Shown: positions 26,058-35,348 of the stretch, piece after piece | Layout: the number at the start of each line of letters is the position of its first letter | Position numbering within the stretch: the stretch's first letter is position 1 | Origin: an uncultured delta proteobacterium | GTDB taxonomy: Bacteria; Desulfobacterota; Binatia; DP-6 | Assembly (NCBI GenBank): GCA_963815115.1 | Contig: CAWFFN010000005.1 | Coordinates: forward strand, 640,001 to 704,000 | Direction: 5' to 3' | DNA length: 64,000 bases | Program-made: the position numbers and the translations under genes | The notes under the pieces: generated by a model | The model's database searches: none | Told to the model about the DNA's origin: nothing | Seen by the model: only the letters and a program-made list of their open reading frames with translations

Positions 26058-28579
26058 CGCGCCAGGCGCGCGGCGTGCTCTGGACGCTCCAGGCGACCAT
26101 CGTCGCCCTCCCGCTGTTTCTCGGCGGCCGGCAGGCCCTGGGCCTGGTGACGGCGTGGCTGGCGATCGCGGTCCTGCTCGTGCTCACCTTGTGGGCGCGC
26201 CGGCAGGCGGGACGGCCCGCCGCACCGGGCGCAGCCGTGCTCGCTGCGTTCGTGGCCCTCGGGCTGCTCACGGCGCTGCCGCTGCCCCCGGAACTGCTCG
26301 AGCGGCTCGCGCCCGCGACGGCGCAGCTCTACCGCGACGTCCTGCCGGGGTGGCCGGGAAGCGGAGGGTGGTCCGTCTGGCGCTCGCTGGCGCTCGATTC
26401 CTATGCGGTGTGCACGACGCTGAGCACGCTGGCCATCGGCTTCGGTGCCTACCTGGTCCTGGCGGGATACCCGTGGGGTGACGAGAAGGCGCGAGCGCAG
26501 GCCTTCGGGCGCGTCTTCCTCACCGTGCTCGGAGGCGGAATTGCGCTGGCGTTGCTGGCGCTCTTGCAGGAGGTCGCGGGCAACGGGCGCGTGCTCTGGA
26601 TCAGCGACGAGCAGGTCACGGGCAGTCGCGTGTCGGGGCCCTTCGTCAACCCCAACCACCTGGCGTGCTGGCTCGAGATGGTCATCCCGGCGGGTGCTGC
26701 CTATGCCTGGTCGCTCGGCGGACTCCTGCGGGGACGCATCGTCAAGTCGGTGGAGTCCGGACAGCGCCTCGGTCTGCGCGCGCGGCGGGCGTGGGTGGGG
26801 GCCCTCATCGCGAACCAGCGCCGCCTGGCGATCCCCTTTCTCGCCGTGGCCGGGGTGGCCCTCATGGCGACGGCGCACCTGGGTACGCAGTCGCGCGGCG
26901 GCATGGCCGCGCTGCTGGTCGGGCTCGGGGTGACCCTCGGCGGCCTGCTCGCCACCGCCTCGCGACGCCGGCACGGGCACGCGCCGCGCTGGATCGCCGC
27001 CGCAGCGGTCCTGGCGTTCGTCGGAGCCGGCGCGCTGGCGCTCGGGCTGTGGGCGCGGGCGGACGGCCAGGAGATCGCGGGCGTGGACCAGGTGGACGTG
27101 AGCTTCGCGAGCCGTCTCGCGGTGGGACTCCAGGGCACCGGGATCGTCCGAGACCATCCGGTCTTCGGAACTGGCCTCGGCTCGTGGCTGCACGCCTTCC
27201 GCGGCTACGTGTCGCCGCCGGTCGAGGGCGGCATCTGGGATCACGCCCACGACGAGTACCTCGAGCTGGCGGCGGAGACCGGGATACTCGGCGTGGCGCT
27301 GGCGGCGTGCTTCGCGGTCGCGGTCGTGTATGCGCTGCGGCGCGCTCGCCGGCGTGTCGCCATGGCGGACGCCCGGCGCGAGCGGCGCGGTCGGGCACTC
27401 TCCGACCCGCCGGAATGGCGGACGGCGCTCGGCGACCACCGGACCCTCGCCTGGGGGCTCGCGGGCGGCGTCGCGGCCGTTCTGGTCCACAGCCTCGTCG
27501 AGTTCGGGCTGCACATGCCCGGGAACTTCGTGCTCCTGATGACGGCGGTCGCATTGCTCGTGATGGCGCTGCCGGTCCGCGAGTCCCGCACCTCGTTCGG
27601 GCTCGCGGCGTTCGTGGCGCTCGGACTCGTGGCCGCCGCGCCCATCGCCTGGAACACGATCCTCGGCCTGGCGGGACGCTCGCCGCTGTCGCCCGACGAC
27701 GCGCTCGCCGCCGCAGACCGCGCCTTCTCGGAGGACCAGGACGCCCCGCGTGCGCAGGCGCTCGCGCGGTCCGCGATCGACCATTCGCCGGCCTACCGCG
27801 ATGCGCACGAGATGCTGGCGAACGTGCTCGGCCCCGGTCCCGAGGGCGAGGATGCGCTGCGCCGCGCGCTCCGGCTCGAGCCCTGGTATGCGCCGGGACG
27901 CGACGACCTGGCATTGCGCCTCTGGCGCCGCGGCGAGCAAGCGGCCGCGCTCGCCGCGCTCGAGGACTCGTTCTACCGGCTTCCGTGTCTCGTCTCGCAC
28001 GCGTTCCTCGGGCCCGAGACGGAGCTGACGCCCGCTCAGGGGCCGTACGTGGTGCGCGCGCTCGCCGACGGCGACGTCCTGGGCGTGCGGCTGGCGATTC
28101 TCGAGCCGCCGCTGTCGGGCGCCATCGAGCGCGGGCTCGCCCGCGCGCTCGAGGAGCGGCCGGCGGGTGGGGACCGCGCCGCGATCATCGCCGATCGCGT
28201 CGCGCTGCTCGAGGCGGGCCAGCGCTGGGGCGAGGCCGCGGAAACGCTGCGCGCCGAGGCGCGCCGTGACGAGCGCGACGACGAGTCGCTCGGCCACGCG
28301 GCACGAAACTATCTCAAGGCCAATGACCCCACTCGCGCGGAGGAAGCGCTGCTGGCTGGACTCCTGCGCAACCCCGAGCGGGGCAGCCTCTACCAGCGCC
28401 TTGCCGTGGACATCTACACGCCGCGTGGCGACTTCGCGCTCGCCGAGAAGGTGCTCGAAGCGGGCGAGCGCAACGCGGTGGACATGCTGCCCATCTACGC
28501 CGCGTCGGCGGACGTGATCTCCAAGCGCGAGCAGGCGTGGACCGAGCACACGGCGCTGGGGCCGGAGGCCCGGCCGTGA
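26054..28579 (+). CDS. O-antigen ligase (Wzy_C) family membrane protein with C-terminal TPR-like repeats
   Basis: GPFVNPNHLA, TQSRGG, PVFGTGLG, HAHDEYLE and VHSLVEF motifs, followed by a helical-repeat tail. Confidence 0.88.
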   Translation: MTRQARGVLWTLQATIVALPLFLGGRQALGLVTAWLAIAVLLVLTLWARRQAGRPAAPGAAVLAAFVALGLLTALPLPPELLERLAPATAQLYRDVLPGWPGSGGWSVWRSLALDSYAVCTTLSTLAIGFGAYLVLAGYPWGDEKARAQAFGRVFLTVLGGGIALALLALLQEVAGNGRVLWISDEQVTGSRVSGPFVNPNHLACWLEMVIPAGAAYAWSLGGLLRGRIVKSVESGQRLGLRARRAWVGALIANQRRLAIPFLAVAGVALMATAHLGTQSRGGMAALLVGLGVTLGGLLATASRRRHGHAPRWIAAAAVLAFVGAGALALGLWARADGQEIAGVDQVDVSFASRLAVGLQGTGIVRDHPVFGTGLGSWLHAFRGYVSPPVEGGIWDHAHDEYLELAAETGILGVALAACFAVAVVYALRRARRRVAMADARRERRGRALSDPPEWRTALGDHRTLAWGLAGGVAAVLVHSLVEFGLHMPGNFVLLMTAVALLVMALPVRESRTSFGLAAFVALGLVAAAPIAWNTILGLAGRSPLSPDDALAAADRAFSEDQDAPRAQALARSAIDHSPAYRDAHEMLANVLGPGPEGEDALRRALRLEPWYAPGRDDLALRLWRRGEQAAALAALEDSFYRLPCLVSHAFLGPETELTPAQGPYVVRALADGDVLGVRLAILEPPLSGAIERGLARALEERPAGGDRAAIIADRVALLEAGQRWGEAAETLRAEARRDERDDESLGHAARNYLKANDPTRAEEALLAGLLRNPERGSLYQRLAVDIYTPRGDFALAEKVLEAGERNAVDMLPIYAASADVISKREQAWTEHTALGPEARP

Positions 28580-29109
28580 GCAGCGCGGCGCTGGCGGCGA
28601 CCGCAGCCCCGGAAGCGTGGTTCGCGGTCTGGACGCGCAACCAGTACGAGCCCCGCGTCTCCGATCGGCTGCGGAGCAAGCGCTTCGAGGTGTTTCTCCC
28701 GTGCGTGCGGGTGCCGAGCCGGCGCCGCGACCGGCGCATCGTGCTCGACCAGCCGCTGTTCCCCGGCTACCTCTTCCTGCGCTTCGCGCCGTCGCGTGCC
28801 GGCTACGTCAGCGTCGTCAGCACCGAGGGCGTGGTGCGGGTGCTGGGCGACTGCTGGGAGACGCTGCAGCCGGTGCCCGACGACCAGGTGGAGGCGGTGC
28901 GCCGCCTGGTGACGTCGGCGGAGGAGGCGCGCGCCGTGCCGTGGATCCGCGTCGGCGATCGCGTGCGGATCGCCCGCGGCCCCTTGGCCGGACTCGAAGG
29001 GTGCGTGCGCGACCGCTGCCGCGGTCGTGCCACCTTCGTCGTGAACGTGGATCTGCTCCGGCGCAGCGTCGGCGTGGAGCTCGAAGCGGCGCTCCTCGAG
29101 CGCTGCTGA
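28576..29109 (+). CDS. NusG paralogue (RfaH/UpxY/LoaP-type antiterminator)
   Basis: WFAVWTR, PLFPGYLF and the KOW motif GDRVRIARGPLAGLEG. Confidence 0.92.
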   Translation: MSSAALAATAAPEAWFAVWTRNQYEPRVSDRLRSKRFEVFLPCVRVPSRRRDRRIVLDQPLFPGYLFLRFAPSRAGYVSVVSTEGVVRVLGDCWETLQPVPDDQVEAVRRLVTSAEEARAVPWIRVGDRVRIARGPLAGLEGCVRDRCRGRATFVVNVDLLRRSVGVELEAALLERC

Positions 29110-29129
29110 GCGCGGCCCGCACCCCGCCG

Positions 29130-29180
29130 CCTCGAGGGAGGGCGGGAAGCCTCCTTCCGAAATCGAGGGGCGAAGCTCTG
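29130..29180 (+). promoter_or_regulatory. Stem-loop followed by ops-like GGGGCGAAGC (JUMPstart-like cis element)
   Basis: CCTCGA (29130-35) pairs with TCGAGG (29163-68) around an inner GGGAGG/CCTTCC stem, followed by GGCGAAGCTCTG. It lies directly after the NusG paralogue. Confidence 0.5.
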
Positions 29181-29205
29181 CCCGCAACCCGGTGAAGGCA
29201 CAGCC

Positions 29206-31344
29206 ATGAAATTGGTGATCCGTGACGGTCGCAGCGTGCCGCGCGTCGAGGACGTGCCGAGACCCGCGGCACGGCCGGGGTACGTGCTCGTCCGCACGCA
29301 GGTGTCGCTGGTGAGCGCCGGGACGGAGCGCTCCGCGGCGGCGTTTGCGGGTCTGTCGCTGGCGGCGAAGGCCGCGCGACGGCCCGATCTGGTCCGTCAG
29401 GTGATGGACAAGGTGCGGCGCGACGGCCTGTGGGAGGCGCAGCGCGCCGTGCGCACCCGGCTGGGCGTTGCCGAGCCGCTCGGCTACAGCGCCGCGGGCG
29501 TCGTCGAGGAGGACGGCACGGGCCGCCATCCCGCGGGCACGCTGGTGGCGTGCGCCGGGGGCGGTCACGCCGCGCACGCCGAGGTGAACCTCGTGCCGCG
29601 CAACCTGATCGCCGCCGTGCCGCCGGGCGTGTCCGCGGAGGACGCCGCCTTCGCCACGGTCGGATCGGTGGCGCTGCACGCGGTCCGGCTGACCCGAGGC
29701 ACGCTGGGCGACCACGTCGCGGTGCTCGGCCTCGGGCTGCTGGGCCAGCTCGCCGCCCAGCTCCTGCGCGCCGCCGGGTGCACGGTGTTCGGCCTCGATC
29801 CGCAGCCCCCGCGGGCCGACCTCGCCGCGGGCCTCGGCTGTCACCACGTCGCCACCGACGGCCCGGCGCTGGAGCGCCTGGTGCGGGAGCGGACGGGCGA
29901 CCGCGGCGTCGACGCGGTGGTGATCGCGGCGTCGGCGCCCAACAGCGACCCGGTCGCGACGGCGGCGGCCATCGCCCGCGGACGTGCCCGGATCGTCGTC
30001 CTCGGCGACACGCAGCTCCACCTCGACCGGCGGCCGTTCTACGAGAAGGAGCTCCGGCTCGTCGTGTCGCGCTCGTACGGCCCCGGCCGCTACGACCGTG
30101 ACTACGAGGAGCGCGGCGTCGACTACCCGTACGAGTACGTGCGCTGGACCCTCGGCCGAAACCTGGAGGCGTTCCTCGGTCTCGTGCCCCAGCTGCGCCT
30201 GGGCTCCCTGGTCACCCATCGCTTCGACGTCGCCGACGCAGGACGCGCCTACGAGCTGCTGCTGGGCGCGAACAGCGCCTCGGCGCTCGGCATCCTGCTT
30301 CACTACCCGCACGCGAGCGAGCCCGCGCCGCAGACCGTGCGGCTGGCGTCGATCGGGGGCGCGCCGGCGGCGGACCCGGGGGTGAGCGTGATCGGCGCCG
30401 GTACCTATGCCCGCGCGACGCTCCTCCCGGCCCTCGAGAAGCTGTCCGGCATCCGCCGCGTGAGCCTGGTGACGGCGAAAGGGCTGAGCGCCTGGGACGC
30501 CGGGCGGCGCTTCGGCTTCGCGACGTGCTCGACCGACCTCGAGGCGGCGTTCGGTGCCGACACCACGCTCGTCGTCGTCGCCACCCGGAACGGCTCGCAC
30601 GCCGCGCTCGTGCGCGAGTGCCTCGCGCGCGGCAAGGCCGTCCTGTGCGAGAAGCCGCTCTGCGTCTCGGACGAGGAGCTGGATGGGTTGGCGGCAGCCC
30701 ATGCGAGCGCCAGCCGCCCCTTCGTGATGGTCGGCTACAATCGCCGCTTCGCGCCGCTGGTGGTGCGGCTGCGCGAGCGGCTCGCCGGGATCGGCCGCCC
30801 GCTGGTGCTGTCGTACCGCGTGAACGCGGGGGCCGTGCCGCGCCAGAGCTGGCTGCATGACGACGCGGAGGGCGGCGGACGGCTGGTCGGCGAGGCCTGC
30901 CACTTCGTCGACCTGCTGAGCTACCTGGCGGGCGCACCGCCGCGCCGCGTGCACGCCGTGCGTCCCCGGGGGGCAGGGGAGTCGAGTGACCCCGAGACCT
31001 TCACCGCGCTGCTCGAGCTCGCCAACGGCTCGGTCGGGACCCTCGTCTACTCCGCCGACGGCGATCCGGTGCACCCGAAGGAGCGGCTCGAGATCGTGGG
31101 TGGCGGCGCCGTCGCGGTGCTCGACGACTTCCGCGAGCTGGTCGTCACGCATCGCGGGCGGCGCGAGCGCTTGCGCACCTGGGGCCGCGACAAGGGGCAA
31201 GCGGAGGCGCTGCACGCGGCGGTGGAGGCGACCCGCTCCGGCGCCCCGGAGCCCGTCCCGTTCGACGACGTCGTGCGCGGCATGCGCGCCGTCTTCGCGA
31301 TCCGCCGCGCGTTCGCCGGCGGCGCGCCCGTGGACGTCGCATGA
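29206..31344 (+). CDS. Bi-domain oxidoreductase (Zn-ADH-like plus Gfo/Idh/MocA)
   Basis: SLVSAGTE, GLGLLG, SRSYGPGRYD, CEKPL, VGYNRRF and GEACHFVD motifs. Confidence 0.92.
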   Translation: MKLVIRDGRSVPRVEDVPRPAARPGYVLVRTQVSLVSAGTERSAAAFAGLSLAAKAARRPDLVRQVMDKVRRDGLWEAQRAVRTRLGVAEPLGYSAAGVVEEDGTGRHPAGTLVACAGGGHAAHAEVNLVPRNLIAAVPPGVSAEDAAFATVGSVALHAVRLTRGTLGDHVAVLGLGLLGQLAAQLLRAAGCTVFGLDPQPPRADLAAGLGCHHVATDGPALERLVRERTGDRGVDAVVIAASAPNSDPVATAAAIARGRARIVVLGDTQLHLDRRPFYEKELRLVVSRSYGPGRYDRDYEERGVDYPYEYVRWTLGRNLEAFLGLVPQLRLGSLVTHRFDVADAGRAYELLLGANSASALGILLHYPHASEPAPQTVRLASIGGAPAADPGVSVIGAGTYARATLLPALEKLSGIRRVSLVTAKGLSAWDAGRRFGFATCSTDLEAAFGADTTLVVVATRNGSHAALVRECLARGKAVLCEKPLCVSDEELDGLAAAHASASRPFVMVGYNRRFAPLVVRLRERLAGIGRPLVLSYRVNAGAVPRQSWLHDDAEGGGRLVGEACHFVDLLSYLAGAPPRRVHAVRPRGAGESSDPETFTALLELANGSVGTLVYSADGDPVHPKERLEIVGGGAVAVLDDFRELVVTHRGRRERLRTWGRDKGQAEALHAAVEATRSGAPEPVPFDDVVRGMRAVFAIRRAFAGGAPVDVA

Positions 31345-32501
31345 CGACGAAGGTCGCCCTCGTGGCCGGCGCGCGGCCGAACTACATGAAGATCGCACCC
31401 ATCTGGTGGGCGATGCGCGAGCATGCGGCCGCGCGCTTCGCACCGCTGCTGGTGCACACCGGCCAGCACTACGACGACAGCATGTCGGGCGCCTTCTTTC
31501 GCGACCTCGGGCTGCCCGAGCCCGCCATCAACCTCGGCGTCGGGTCGGGCTCGCATGCCGCGCAGACGGCGAAGGTCATGGCGGGGTTCGAGCAGGTCCT
31601 GCTCACGGAGCGGCCCGGCGCGGTGATCGTCGTCGGCGACGTCAACTCGACCGCGGCCTGCGCGCTGGTGACCGCCAAGATCGACCTCGGCGGCAACGGC
31701 CGCCCCGTGCGGCCCCTGCTGGCGCACGTCGAGGCCGGGCTCCGGAGCCGCGATCGCGACATGCCGGAGGAGGTGAACCGCGTCGTCGCCGACGCCCTCT
31801 CCGACGTCCTGTTCACCACCTGCCGCGAGGCCGGAGACAACCTCCTGCGCGAGGGGCTGGCACGGGAGCGCATCCACTTCGTCGGCAACCCGATGATCGA
31901 CTCGCTGCGGCGCTCCCTCGCCGATGCCGACGCGTGCGCCGCCCTGCCGGCGCTCGGGCTCGAGGGCCGGCCATTCGGGCTGTGCACCCTGCACCGGCCG
32001 TCGAACGTCGATCACGCCGACGTCCTCCAGGTCCTGCTCGACACGCTGGCCGAGGTTGCCGCCGACGTCCCCGTCGTGCTGCCGCTGCATCCGCGCACCC
32101 GCGCCCGCATCGCCGGCTTCGGACTCGGCGCGCGCATCGCGTCGCTGGACCGGCCCCCACGCGGCGTTCCGGCGCGGGGCCTCGTCGCGATCGAGCCGCT
32201 CTCGTACCTCGCGATGCTGCAGGCGATGCGCGCCGCGTCCTTCGTCCTGACGGACTCCGGCGGCATCCAGGAGGAGACCACGGCGCTCGGCGTGCCCTGC
32301 GTGACCCTGCGCGAGAACACCGAGCGCCCGGTGACGATCACCGAGGGAACGAACGTGCTGGCCGGGCTCGAGCCGGCCGCGATTCTCGCCGCGCTCGGCG
32401 AGGCACGTGCCAAGGCTGCGAACGGCGCGCGCATCCCCGAGCTGTGGGACGGGCGCGCGGCCGAGCGCATCGTCGCCGTGCTGTCGGACATGGACGGCTG
32501 A
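31341..32501 (+). CDS. wecB: UDP-N-acetylglucosamine 2-epimerase (non-hydrolysing)
   Basis: GARPNYMK, HTGQHYD, HVEAGLRS and TDSGGIQEET motifs. Confidence 0.93.
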   Translation: MTTKVALVAGARPNYMKIAPIWWAMREHAAARFAPLLVHTGQHYDDSMSGAFFRDLGLPEPAINLGVGSGSHAAQTAKVMAGFEQVLLTERPGAVIVVGDVNSTAACALVTAKIDLGGNGRPVRPLLAHVEAGLRSRDRDMPEEVNRVVADALSDVLFTTCREAGDNLLREGLARERIHFVGNPMIDSLRRSLADADACAALPALGLEGRPFGLCTLHRPSNVDHADVLQVLLDTLAEVAADVPVVLPLHPRTRARIAGFGLGARIASLDRPPRGVPARGLVAIEPLSYLAMLQAMRAASFVLTDSGGIQEETTALGVPCVTLRENTERPVTITEGTNVLAGLEPAAILAALGEARAKAANGARIPELWDGRAAERIVAVLSDMDG

Positions 32502-33475
32502 TGCGGGCACGGCTGCGCTACCTGCGTCGCGTGGCGGCCGCGTACCTGGGAAGCGAACCGAGCCAGCTCACGTTCTGGCACGAGCCGCCCGAGACGAATC
32601 CCAACGCCTTCACGGAGCCGCTCGGCGAGTACTACCAGTGCTTCTTCAGGAAGGCCGACTACTGCGCGCATACCGACCGCGACGGCGTCCCGATGCTCGA
32701 CTACCGCGGTCACATCGGGCGGCAGTACAACCCGATCGCCATCGCCCAGTGGGGCCTCGGCAACTGGAACCTGTGGAAGCGGACCGGAGATCCGGACCGA
32801 TGCACGCGCTGGACGCTCGCCGCCGAGTGGCTGGTGGAGACCCTGAGCCCGAACGAGCACGGCATTCCGGTGTGGAAGCATCACTTCGACTGGGAATACC
32901 GCGACACCCTGCGCTCCGGTTGGTACTCGGCGCTGGCGCAAGGGCAGGGCCTGTCGCTGCTCTGCCGCGCGCACCGCGCCACGGGAGACGGCCGCTACCT
33001 CGACGCCGCGCACGCGGCCTTCGGCGCCATGACGGTTTCCACCGGAGAAGGTGGCGTGTTGATCCGCGAGGGTGCCGACGGCGCGTGGCTCGAGGAGGCG
33101 GTGGTGGACCCGCCGACGCACATCCTGAACGGCTTCCTGTGGGCGATGTGGGGCGTCCGCGACTACGCCGTCACCGGGCAGACGCGCGCCGCATGGGCGC
33201 TACTCGGCGCGAGCAAGCGGACGCTGCGGCGGAATCTCCCGGCGTTCGACTGCGGCTTCTGGTCGCTCTACGAGCAGTCGGGCACCCGCCTCCCGATGCT
33301 GGCGAGCCCGTTCTACCACGGGCTGCACGTGAACCAGCTCGCCATCACGGCCCGGCTGCTCGACGAGCCGGAGCTGGTGGGTTGGTCCGAGCGGTGGAGC
33401 GAGTACGCGCGCAGCGCCTGGTGCCGTTGGCGTGCCCTCGCACAGAAGGCGCTCTTCAAGGCGCTCTATTACTGA
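32501..33475 (+). CDS. D-glucuronyl C5-epimerase family protein
   Basis: YNPIAIAQWGL, WYSALAQGQGLSLL, HILNGF, WSLYE and YHGLHVNQL motifs. Confidence 0.85.
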   Translation: MRARLRYLRRVAAAYLGSEPSQLTFWHEPPETNPNAFTEPLGEYYQCFFRKADYCAHTDRDGVPMLDYRGHIGRQYNPIAIAQWGLGNWNLWKRTGDPDRCTRWTLAAEWLVETLSPNEHGIPVWKHHFDWEYRDTLRSGWYSALAQGQGLSLLCRAHRATGDGRYLDAAHAAFGAMTVSTGEGGVLIREGADGAWLEEAVVDPPTHILNGFLWAMWGVRDYAVTGQTRAAWALLGASKRTLRRNLPAFDCGFWSLYEQSGTRLPMLASPFYHGLHVNQLAITARLLDEPELVGWSERWSEYARSAWCRWRALAQKALFKALYY

Positions 33476-33477
33476 CC

Positions 33478-34725
33478 ATGCACATCTTGCTCATCCACCA
33501 GGTGTTCGCCGGTCCCGACGACCCCGGGGGCACGCGTCACTACGAGATCGGTTGCCGGCTCGTCGCGGACGGCCACCGGTTCACGGTGATCACCAGCGCC
33601 GTGAACTACCTGACTGGCGAAACGGCTGGCCGGCCGACGACGCCCCTGCCCGACGGCATGCGGATCATCCGCATCGCGGGGCGGGAGGACATTCACCGGA
33701 GCTACGCGGCGCGCGCCCGCGCCTTCTTCGGCTTCGCGGGCGGGGCGCTCCGCGCGGCGATGGCCCTCCCGGACGTCGACGTGGTGTGGGGAACCTCGCC
33801 GCCGCTGGTGCAGCTGGTGCCGGCGTGGCTCGCCTCGCGGCGCTGTCCCGGCGGCTTCGTTCTCGAGGAGCGGGACCTGTGGCCCGAGTTCGCCGTCGGC
33901 ATGGGAGTGGTGCGCGACGGGGCGCTCGCGCGCTCGGCGCTGCGCCTCAAACGGTTCCTCTACGGTCGCGCCCGCCGCGTGGTGATCAACTCGCCCGGCT
34001 TCCTGCCGTTCCTCCGGCGCTATGGAGTACCGGCGGAGAAGATCCGGGTCGTCCCGAACGGGGTGGACGTGGAGCAGTTCGATCCCGCGGTTCGGGGCGG
34101 GGCGCTCCGCGCCGCGTGGAACGCGGAGGGGCGGTTCGTCGTGCTCTATGCCGGCGCGCTCGGGCCGGCCAACGGCCTCGAGGTCGTCCTCGACGCCGCG
34201 GAGACCCTGCGCGACACGCCGGCGCTCTTCGTGCTCGTGGGCGACGGGAAGGCGCGTGGCGAGCTGATCGCCACCGCCGATGCTCGCGGCCTCGAGAACG
34301 TGCGGTTCATTCCCGCGCAGCCGAAGCGCGCCATGCGCGACGTGCTCGGCGCCTCGGACGCGTGTCTGGCGACGCTGCGCGACATCCCGCTCTTCCGCAC
34401 GACCTATCCGAACAAGGTGTTCGACTACATGGCGGCGGGCCGCCCGGTGCTGCTCGCGATCGACGGCGTGATCCGCGACGTGGTCGAGCGCGCGGGTGCC
34501 GGCCTCTTCGTGCTGCCGGGCGACGGCCCCACGCTGGCGGAGGCCGTTCGGCACCTCCTGCACGCGCCCGACGAGGGGCGGGCCATGGGTGCGCGCGGGC
34601 GTGCGGCGGTGTGCGCGGGGTTCGACCGCCGGCAGCACGCCGCGGACTTCGAGCGCCTGCTGGGCGAGCTGGTGCCGCCGGCGGCACCGCAAGAGGCGTG
34701 GCCGCGACGGACGGCGGAAGCATGA
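33478..34725 (+). CDS. Glycosyltransferase family 4 (WbuB-like)
   Basis: TSPPL, ERDLWPE, YAGALG and PNKVFDYMAAGRPV motifs. Confidence 0.93.
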   Translation: MHILLIHQVFAGPDDPGGTRHYEIGCRLVADGHRFTVITSAVNYLTGETAGRPTTPLPDGMRIIRIAGREDIHRSYAARARAFFGFAGGALRAAMALPDVDVVWGTSPPLVQLVPAWLASRRCPGGFVLEERDLWPEFAVGMGVVRDGALARSALRLKRFLYGRARRVVINSPGFLPFLRRYGVPAEKIRVVPNGVDVEQFDPAVRGGALRAAWNAEGRFVVLYAGALGPANGLEVVLDAAETLRDTPALFVLVGDGKARGELIATADARGLENVRFIPAQPKRAMRDVLGASDACLATLRDIPLFRTTYPNKVFDYMAAGRPVLLAIDGVIRDVVERAGAGLFVLPGDGPTLAEAVRHLLHAPDEGRAMGARGRAAVCAGFDRRQHAADFERLLGELVPPAAPQEAWPRRTAEA

Positions 34726-35348
34726 AGCGCGACGCGCAGCGCGTGCTCGACCTGGCGCTGGCGGTTGCCGTGCTGCCGGCTGCCCTGCCGGTCGTGCTGG
34801 TGATGGCGGTGCTCGTGCGCTTCACCATGGGACCGCCGGTGCTCTTCCGGCACACGCGGACGGGCCTGCACGGGCGCCTGTTCACGCTCTACAAGTTTCG
34901 CACCATGCGCCGCTGCGCCGGCGACGACGAGACGCGGTTGACCGCCGTCGGGCGTGCGCTGCGCAGCCTGTCGCTCGACGAGCTGCCGCAGCTCTGGAAC
35001 GTGCTGCGCGGTGACATGTCGCTGGTGGGCCCGCGGCCCCTGCTGCCGCAGTACCTCGGGCGCTACACGCCCGAGCAGGCACGCCGGCACGAGGTCCGGC
35101 CGGGAATCACCGGGTTGGCGCAGGTCAGCGGACGGAACGCGCTCGGCTGGAGCGAGAAGTTCGCGCTCGACGTGTGGTACGTGGATCATCGCAGCGTCGC
35201 CCTCGATCTGCGCATCCTCGTGCGGACCGTCACCGCGGTGGTGCGCCGTGCCGGCGTGAGCGCGCCCGGTGCGGCGACGATGCCGGAGTTCATGGGAGAG
35301 CCCGCGCCCCCAGCCCGGCCCGAGGAGCGTCGATGCGCTACCTCGTGA
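34722..35348 (+). CDS. Undecaprenyl-phosphate phosphoglycosyl transferase (Bac_transf, PglC-like)
   Basis: KFRTM, SLDELPQLWNVLRGDMSLVGPRP and RPGITGLAQV motifs. Confidence 0.95.
   Translation: MKRDAQRVLDLALAVAVLPAALPVVLVMAVLVRFTMGPPVLFRHTRTGLHGRLFTLYKFRTMRRCAGDDETRLTAVGRALRSLSLDELPQLWNVLRGDMSLVGPRPLLPQYLGRYTPEQARRHEVRPGITGLAQVSGRNALGWSEKFALDVWYVDHRSVALDLRILVRTVTAVVRRAGVSAPGAATMPEFMGEPAPPARPEERRCATS

Noticed and set aside
30986-35348. Very long ORF-track versions (829, 772, 638 aa) of the epimerase, GT4 and sugar transferase
   Set aside because: The N-terminal extensions are Arg/Pro/Gly-rich shadow frames. True starts overlap or closely follow the upstream stops (32501, 33478, 34722).
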